Source: Eledone cirrhosa (Eukaryota). From it: a stretch of DNA of 64,000 nt. The translations under genes and the position numbers were made by a program. Shown piece after piece: positions 55,402-64,000 of this stretch; the stretch's first letter is position 1, and the number at the start of each line of letters is the position of its first letter. The DNA is taken from positions 437,348,001 through 437,412,000 of the forward strand of contig OZ024740.1 in assembly GCA_964016885.1 (NCBI GenBank). Reading direction: 5' to 3'. The notes beneath the pieces are model-generated. The model had not been told where the DNA came from, did not search any database, and was given only the letters and a program-made list of their open reading frames with translations.

Positions 55402-55692
55402 TGTATATGTTAGGTGTGTAACTACTGTTACAGATGGCGCACTGTTCGAAGCACTCAATGTTGTTGCGGGGTGTGGGTTGTATTCCAGAGTTAAGGCTGC
55501 TGTAGTGTGCAGAGTCTAAATTAAGTAAAATCAAGTTCAGTGTTGCGGCATCTGATGAGATGTTGAAAAAGAGTCGTGCTGCCAACCGCCCGCCCCATCA
55601 TGTTTATTGTACCCTGAGCTGATCGATATTGAAACAATTGTAATATGCCAATAAACTTGTACATATGCTGCACACTGACTTTGATTCTACTT
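55402..55692 (+). mobile_element. LTR/pseudo-LTR-like unit with type I hammerhead (55547-55649), interrupted at its 3' end by a piggyBac MITE
   Basis: ggcau-CUGAUGA-gauguuga...ucgauauu-GAAAC-aauu-GUA-auaugcc, then AATAAA; cagatggcgc near the 5' end. Confidence 0.6.
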
Positions 55693-55694
55693 AA

Positions 55695-55902
55695 CCCTTT
55701 AGCATTTAAACCAGCCATATCCGGCCAGAATTCTCTCACCTCTTTCTGTTCAAACCAGCTCTAACCGGCCACTCATACTTGTGTTAAGGTATTGTTCTCA
55801 AATTAAATGATATAAAAATCTCATAGATTCAATATTATGTGAGGTAAATCCATTACAGCGAAAATATAATAGTTAATATAGAGAAATGTAAATGCTAAAG
55901 GG
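55695..55902. mobile_element. piggyBac-type MITE
   Basis: TTAA on both sides; 14-bp TIR ccctttagcattta / taaatgctaaaggg. Confidence 0.9.
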
Positions 55903-56556
55903 TTAATCTATATACATATATAACTCTGGAATATAAGCCAAACGAAACAGACCTTGTCATGTCACCTATAACTGTTGTTACACACTTTACACATGGCAAA
56001 GACAATGGAAATAAAACAACAGAAAACTGTCCCATCTCCTCAGCCAACGTCTGGAATTCACTACGGGTTTATTTAATTCTTTCTGAAGAGATTTCTTTTA
56101 TTTCTTTTTATCTCTAAAACTTTTCCTCCATAAAACAGTAGTTGTAAAAACATATAACCAGAAATTGTTTATTTTTAGAAAATGATTGGTGTTTGTTTTA
56201 TACAATTATATACATTATATATATTTTGATGCTTCAGACAGAAGCCATAACAATTATTGTTAATATTTAGCCCTGGACATGCCCTCATCAAGCAAATAGA
56301 CCCATAATGCCACTCACAATATAACCATACTCTCTTCCTTTTGTTGTTTTTTTTGTTGTTTTTTTGTAATTTGGTTCAGATGTATCTAATGTGCCCTTCC
56401 TTTTTAAAAACTGTTAAAAATAGCAGCTAAACACCACTCAACTTATATTCTACAATCAGGTAGATGCACTCCTTCACATAGTTAAGAATGTACCTGATGT
56501 TTGATGTGAGTATTCTAATGTATTGTAGTTTTACATAGGTACAGTAATTGCTTTAG

Positions 56557-56843
56557 AGGATGTTGGTACCACAACATCCAGTCCGAAACAAATAAGGTCG
56601 TGTAGGTGTCACGACAAAAAACACACAGTCCATGATGTAATGTGGCCGTGTAGGTAACACGGTAAAAACCTCCCAGTCCACACTGTAAACGTGGTTGGTG
56701 TTAGGAAGGGCATCCAGCCGTAGAAAACCTGCCAGACAGTCCTATACGAGCAAGACAACCAATCTTGCCTCAAGTGGGAAAATTCCCGTCCAAACCCATG
56801 CTAGCGTGGAAGATGGACGTTAAACGATGATGATGATGATGAT
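56557..56843 (+). mobile_element. RTE family A 3' UTR fragment
   Basis: Matches 19020-19300; (GAT)n tail. Confidence 0.92.
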
Positions 56844-57769
56844 GTGTAACTTGTAAGTCTTTTTCAAAAGTCTTAATGGTTCTAACTGGACATATATGAT
56901 AGACATGGTTTCCTTAGAAGTTACTCCCACATCATAAAGTACTAAAATAAGGAGTAGACCAGAACAGATATTGAAATGTTAAAGAAATTATTTCATCTTT
57001 GTATTTACTTTGCAAGATTTTCGATGGGAAATTGAGTGAAACAAATATTGTATTTTGAAAGTATATAGAGATTTTTACTATGAAAATAGTCAATGGAGTT
57101 GGGCTTATAAGCCCCTAGAGACAGAACAAATGGATAGTATTGCTGTCCACTTTTCCTATCTCTAGGGTCTTATATTCCCAACTTGTTTGATTGTTTTCAC
57201 CATCCAAAAAGTTATATTGAAGTAGTTTATTTTAAACTAACAAACTTTCAACATTTGAAATTTGTTCAGTTTTTTTGAATATGATTGATTCTTTGTTTAG
57301 ATATTGTTGTACTTAAGGAGTGTCATATTGTTTTAGGGGGTGTCATATTGTTGTGGGGAGTGTCATATTGTTGTGGAGGATGTCATATTGTTGTGGAGGG
57401 TGTTGTATTGTTCTGACACAGCTTGGCACCAATGACATTGCAACTCATTTCTACAGCTGAGTGAACTGGAGCAATATGAAATAAAGTGTCTTGCTCAAGG
57501 ACACAATACACTTTCACATGATATCATACATTAGAAAAATGGAAATGAAAAGGTTAAAGTAGACAGCTGGATTAGTTGATAGATTAATGGACAAGTAAGT
57601 GATCAGTGAATCGTATCCTGTCACTGAATTGTGTCTTTGATAAAGAAAGGTGATTGTGGGGGTTCTAGGTAGGAATAGCTCATGGCTTTGTCTCTACTCT
57701 GAACTTGGTGTATATTTTGTTAGTTATCAGTAATGTTCTCAACTTAAGGAAATTCAGACTCTGTCTAGT

Positions 57770-57945
57770 TGGTTTACTGTATATGGAGAGGAAAGTACTG
57801 TTTACTATATATGGAGAGGAAAGTACTGTTTACTATATATGGAGATGAAAGTACTGTTTACTATATATGGAGATGAAAGTACTATTTACTATATATGGAG
57901 ATGAAATTACTGAGTGTTTACTATATATGGAGATGAAAGTACAGA
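57770..57945. repeat. 28-bp minisatellite (gtttactatatatggagatgaaagtact)
   Basis: About 6 units. Confidence 0.9.
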
Positions 57946-57949
57946 TCAA

Positions 57950-58190
57950 AGTGCATCAACCACATATGAAATCTACTTTTTTCTGTTAGCTTGCCTGTGA
58001 TCCCACTACACCTCTTGTGTACCTATAATTTACACTGAGTACACTGTATAGAATTCTTACCTATCTCTTTTTTGTATATCAAGCACACCTATTTTCATGA
58101 TGGTAATGTGGTCATGTCTTCTTTCCTTCTACTTTAGTCTTTGCTAAGTTTACTCTGAGTCTTTTTTATTCTAGATTTTGTTTCCACTTA
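57950..58190 (-). mobile_element. Old RTE fragment covering the PHD region
   Basis: cctgtgatcccactacacctcttgtgtacc matches the HKRCSGITG segment. Confidence 0.7.
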
Positions 58191-59209
58191 TCTGTGAAAT
58201 ATTTTAAGCATTCTTACTTAGTTCAAAAGCTGAAGGTATATAACTATTTGGTGAAATTACTGTCTCTATTACATTCTACAATCCTTATATTTAAAAATGA
58301 ACTATGATTTATATTACAATTTTTATCTAACATATCTTCTCATATTTGAGGAAGTCAGATAAGTCAACTAAAAAGATTATTTTTCTTAGAATAGTCACGG
58401 AAAAATTTCTCTTTTATAAATACTAAATTTGAAAATTCATTTTAAATTTATAGGTAGATTATTGAAATATTAGCCCAATTCCCAAACTATTTTATTTTAC
58501 TAGTAATTCTGGAAACATTTAGATCTACCCAACTTTTGATGAAATTATATTTGAGTAGATGTTTGATATAAATAAAGCTGGATATTGAAATGTTACATGA
58601 AGTCTGTCAGTTACAGCTCATCTGTACTTCAGGGGATAAAAACAGCCTGTTGTAACATCTACTTTAGGCCATCATCATCATTTAATGTCCATTTTCCCTG
58701 CCAGCAAGGATCATCATCATCATTGTTGTTTTAATGTTTATTTTCCCTGCCAGCAAGCGTCCTTATTTGAAATATACCTGTTGTATTTGGAACAGGTAGC
58801 AAAGATTCTGGACTTATGAATATGCAGAAGAAATGATAGCTTGTACACTGCAGAGAAGATATGATTAAAAATGAATTTAGTGTCACTACAATTCTGTTAG
58901 TGATTAAACACATATTACACACTAACAAATGCTGGAGTTGTAGCTGATCTGTAAGAATAAAGTCCCGTATGATGATTTAAGATGTAAAGAATTAATAGAA
59001 AACATCACAGATTAACATTAATTTGTAATAATTGTTTCTACTTTAGGCACAAGGCCAGCAATTACCCAGTGCATTACTGGTACTTTATTTTATCGACCCC
59101 TGTAAGGATGAAAGGCAAAGTCAACCTCGGCGAATGACAATATTTTATACGTCTAGAAATATGATATAAATAATATAATTATGTATTTCTGTTCTACTTT
59201 ACTCTAGAT

Positions 59210-59850
59210 CACAGGTTCTCAACCCATTTAGGCCAAACGCCCCCTTTTGTCCCTCGAAATCACGAAACGCTCCCCCACCACACCCTATTTTTCCATTTTT
59301 CAATATACTACTGATTTTTATATCAGTAGATTACTAAAAAATTGATTAACAATATTCCAAAGATGTGTGTATTATCTGATTATGTGTTGTATGTGGTCCT
59401 AGATGTTTGTGCTACTCGCTTCTGTTTTTTCTTTTCTTTTTTTTTATTTGTAATATTATTTATACAATAGGGAATAAAATAGATCTACATAGTGTTAACT
59501 CGTTGCAGTTGAGTCAATAATTTCAGACGTGAAATACATTGTTATCGGTGAAGGAAAGATAAGATTCTAACTGGCTGCGCTCAAAGTGTCTTTGACCCAG
59601 TTGACTGTGGGTTTTTCCATTTTTAGGATCTCAATTACCGGACATGCCTGCACACCTGCTCACAGCTGCGGTCAGACTATAGTTATGCTTTCTGCAAGCT
59701 CATTCAAATGCATTCACACTGGCTGTCTCAAAGTCAAACAAATATGGCTTATAAAACTTACCAAAATAAAGAGCCTTCCAGCGCCCCCTAATGCGACCTT
59801 GCTCCCAAATGCCCCCCGGGGGTGCATATGCCCCCTGTTGAGAACCTTTG
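59210..59850. mobile_element. hAT (Charlie-like) non-autonomous DNA transposon
   Basis: TIRs cacaggttctcaac / gttgagaacctttg; perfect 8-bp TSD ctctagat. Confidence 0.92.
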
Positions 59851-60017
59851 CTCTAGATAACAGATAAGTAGTTGTGAAACCATTGAATAAGTTGCTGGAC
59901 TACTGAAATCAGAGTCCTTCAAATTCCCTGCAAACACTTCGCTGTAAATTTTGCAGTATTTCCATTTATGCATTTTAAGTCTCTTAGATACAGGGAATAT
60001 ATATCTATCTATCTCTC

Positions 60018-60300
60018 TGGCTTAGTGGTTAATGTTGAGCACACAATCAAAAGGTAGTGAGTTCGAATCCCAGACTGGGCGGTGTGTTGCATCATTGAGC
60101 AACACACTTTATTTCACGTTGCTCCAATTCACTCAACTGTAGAAATGAGTTGTGATGTCTCTGATAACTAGCTGTATCAACCATTGCCTTGGAGAGGGGA
60201 AACTGGTATGAATGGGTGACTGCTGGTCTTGCCCAACCTTGAAAAAGGAACTTTCTAGATGCAAAACCATGGTCATTTGTAACCAAAGCGGGCCTACGAT
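60018..60300 (+). mobile_element. tRNA-head Deu/Nin-like SINE with a third tail type
   Basis: tggcttagtgg and gagttcgaatcc boxes; same core; unrelated 3' half. Core-only piece on - at ~57440-57510. Confidence 0.75.
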
Positions 60301-60639
60301 ATACACATATATATAGAACAGAAATAGGTGAAAGGATTCAGGACCCCGACAACCTATTTGGATTGAGAATGATTTAAAGTTGGAGGGTATTTGTGTGAGG
60401 ACACATACATGTGCCCTTTGTTAATGTAGTGAAGCTGTTGTACATCAATTTAGTCAGTCATGTTCGTAAGTTAGAACCAGTGACAAAGTCAGGATTTGAG
60501 ACAGCAAACTGTTGCAGCTATCACCTGCTGTGACAGCCATGAAAGGTATGTGGCCCATCTCCATCTGTTCTATTGAACTTTGGACTTCGCCATAACCCTG
60601 GTATGGGAGGCAAACAAGTTTATTAGCACTTATGATTCA

Positions 60640-60753
60640 TACACTGTTCACTTTCCTGACATTTGTACATATATATGTACTATACATGCACCTTTGATGA
60701 GTTGTAGTGCACCTGAGCATTGTATGCAATGATTTTCATTATTATTATTATTA
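60640..60753 (+). mobile_element. CR1-like 3' tail
   Basis: gagttgtagtgcacctgagca...(ATT)n. Confidence 0.8.
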
Positions 60754-62427
60754 CCTATGTATCATCTTCAGTCTCTGGAGAAAAAGGGTGACTTAATATA
60801 TTTTATTTATAAAATAACACTTTGGAGCATTTTGCACCACACTTTTAAAAATGATACAGCTTTTCTGTTTTAATTATCAAAATAATCAACAAACTTTCAA
60901 CTTAACAAGATAAATATTTAACTACTGAAATCTAATATTATTTACCATGTTTTAATGTGGTTTCAGTCCAAGTTTTTCATTTAAATTAGATACTTTAATA
61001 GAGGTTGTTTTTAGCAGGTAGGTGTTAAAGGGTTAAGAGAGTGCAGAGTCCTACTTTTCCCTATCTCTTGATCAGAAATGAAAACAATACAATCCTCCTA
61101 CCCAGGCTGTGACTTTTTGTAACGATGTTTAATAGTGGCTACCTTATTAATTGATTCATGCATTTAGTAGCAGATAAAGAGAACATTAGGTAGATAAATG
61201 AGTTTCTATTTAAGTAAGGTTAGATTTAGTTGTCTACTCTTATATTGTCAAGTTATCTATTCCACTTGCAAACAAGTTGATGCTTAGAACTTGATTGCAT
61301 GATACATAATATGAGTTGTTTCTTGTTTAAAAAGAAGGACTTAATCACAGGAAAAAAACCTTACTAATATGACATATTGAGGTCATTATCAGGTGTGTGC
61401 ACATTATTATATAGAAAGTGATATACATATATCATCATTTACAGTGTGGACTGGGAACCTTATATATATATATAATCGGTTGCAGATGTGTGTGAGTATA
61501 TATATTTATGGATGTATAAAATTATTATGTATAAATAGACAAATATATGCATGTATATGCACGAACACACAACATACCTGTATGAGTGTTTATAGATCTG
61601 TCACATGCAAATATATGGGAGTATATACATTTTTGGATATATGGAAAAGCATGTATGTTTAAATGCATAATTGTATACGTATATATATATATATATATAT
61701 ATACTATATAGAGATAAACAGAGAAAAAAGTGTTTACAATGATGAGGGTTGGAAAACCACATAGGTATGAAGAATATAATCTATGAATCAAATGGAAAAT
61801 ACTTGATAAAAACGGAATTAAACTGTACAAACCATTTCAATAACCATTGAACTCCTGGATTAACTACAGATGTAATCTGTTTTGTCGTAAAATTTGTGTT
61901 TGTAACAGATAATCCTAAGGCTTCTCAACAGGAGTTAGGACTATATACAACACCTAGAGGAAAATTATGTAACTAAATATCACATGAGAGGAAGAAAATA
62001 CCTCGTGTGACATGCAGTGAAAAGTGGCGTGAGTGGATTATATAATGGCTAGAAATGGTAGCCTAAATTCACTCAACTTGTAAGCTCAACAAAACAAATG
62101 TAAAGCAGTTAAATACTCACATTAGTACCCTGTAATTAATAAGCTGAATGTATAAAAACCAAGCATTTTATAATATAATATATATATATATACACACATA
62201 TATATATATATATATACGTGTATATATATATATATACATGTATATATAAATATATATACATGTATATATATATATATATATATACATGTATATATATATG
62301 TATATATCATCATCATCATCATTTCATTTTACGTCCGCTTTTTCACTGCTTGCATATATATATACATATACATGTATATATATACATATACATATACATG
62401 TATATATACATGTATATATATATATGT

Positions 62428-62765
62428 ATCATCATCATCATCATCACCGTTTTACGTCCGTTCTTCCACGCTAGCATGGGTTAGACGGGTTGTCCTGTTG
62501 TGTGCAGTGTCTGGTCGGCTGACCATGCCTTGCTCATACAGGAACTGATCTGGCTTGATTTCTACAGCTGGATGCCCTTCCTAACACCAACCTCATTTAC
62601 AGTGAGTGCTGGGTGCTTTTTTCGTGGCGCCTACACGTCCACTTTACAGTGTGGGCTGGGTGCTTTTTTGCCGTGGCACCTCCACGACCACCTTGCGGTG
62701 GGGGGTGTGGGGGAGTATTGTTTATATGCTTCAGCATGTACCCATGGGAGGTCGGGTACTCAGGT
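62428..62765 (-). mobile_element. RTE family C 3' UTR and tail
   Basis: Right end overlaps the post-ORF sequence at 32225-32322; (ATG)n tail. Confidence 0.85.
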
Positions 62766-62804
62766 ATATGTATGTATATATATATATGTATATGTATGTA
62801 TATA

Positions 62805-62835
<31 letters not shown>

Positions 62836-62952
62836 GTATATGTATATATATAAGTATATGTATATATATAAGTATATGTATATATATGTATATGTATATA
62901 TATGTATATGTATATATATGTATATGTATATATATGTATATGTATATATATG

Positions 62953-62983
<31 letters not shown>

Positions 62984-63011
62984 GTATATATATATATACA
63001 TGTATATATAT

Positions 63012-64000
63012 ATCATCATCATCATCATCGTTTAACGTCCATCTTCCACGCTTGCATGGGTTTGGACGGGAGTTTTCCCACTTGAGGCAAGAGTGGTTGT
63101 CTTGCTCGCATAGGACTGTCTGGCGGGTTTTCTACGGCTGGATGCCCTTCCTAACAGCAACCACATTTACAGTGTAGACTGGGAGGTTTTTACCGTGTTA
63201 CCTACATGGCCACATTACAGCGTGGACTGTGTTTTTTTTGTCGTGACACCTACACGACCTCATTTGTTTCGGACTGTATGTTGTGGTACCAACATAACTT
63301 TACATTGAAAGGGGTGGTGAGGATGGGGTGGGGGTAGTGGGACGGGGGTGTATTTTTGTTAGAGGGGCCTACTGACTGTAGTAGGTTTCACTCTGTACTT
63401 AGGTAAGGCGGGTCTTCTGTATTACTGTGTAGCGCCAAAGATCTCGGTCCAGTGACATTGTCTTGGAGAGGTGTAAGTGTTTGAGGTCGGAATTTATCAA
63501 GTCGTCCCAGGTTTTTCTGGGTCTGCCTACTCCGTGGCTACCGTCTATTTTTATTGCCCTGCACTTTTTTATACAGCTGTCGTCTTTCATGCGCATCACG
63601 TGACCATACCAATGTAGTCTTCTCTCAAGTAAACAACATCTGATCCCTCTTATTTCTAATTTTTCCCTTAAAATCTATGTTCTTAGTTAGCTTACCTGTG
63701 ATCCCACTACATCTTTTATGCACCCATACTTTGCATTTGGGACATAAAATGGAGTTTCTACCTACGCCTTTCCTACACACACACTGAGCATGGCCATTTC
63801 CCGGATGGGACCGGTGCCCTATTTTCCTTCCTACAAACTAGAACTTTAGTCTTAGACAGGTTAATTTTAAGGCCTTTTGATTCTAGGCCATGCTTCCATG
63901 TTTGGAATTTCTTCTCTAGCTCGGCCATTGATTCAGCTATGAGCGTTAGATCATCTGCGTATAGGAGTTCCCATGGGCAGCCGGTCTTGAACTCCACTGT
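63012..64000 (-). mobile_element. RTE family A with a ~400-bp internal deletion at ~63670; runs off the window end
   Basis: YADD and PHD segment joined directly to the C-terminal segment; UTR and tail intact. Confidence 0.95.

Overview
Eukaryotic, AT-rich, repeat-saturated DNA with no host protein-coding exon that I can support. The SINE/LINE repertoire and the very long (TA)n arrays resemble a mollusc, probably an octopod cephalopod; this is an inference, not a database match. Almost all ORFs in the track are microsatellite artefacts (YI/CV/HT runs). The real coding remnants are non-LTR retrotransposons: several RTE-clade families (best copy 43045-45950, with partial APE, RT and an in-frame PHD-type finger), CR1-like fragments and an R4/Dong-like fragment. 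Non-coding elements include tRNA-head SINEs with Deu/Nin-like or Meta-like cores, a 5S+tRNA composite SINE, a bipartite non-autonomous RTE, and Tc1/mariner, hAT and piggyBac MITEs. There are also two ~340-360 bp palindromes and a 2.4 kb minisatellite. The most interesting signal is non-coding: about 8 distinct families of type I hammerhead-ribozyme motifs lie in small elements embedded in microsatellites. They include a tandem repeat with two identical minimal hammerheads 476 nt apart (candidate retrozyme/circRNA unit, 4972-5845) and two TG...CA-bounded, LTR-like units with a hammerhead and AATAAA. All structures were folded by eye; no activity is demonstrated.
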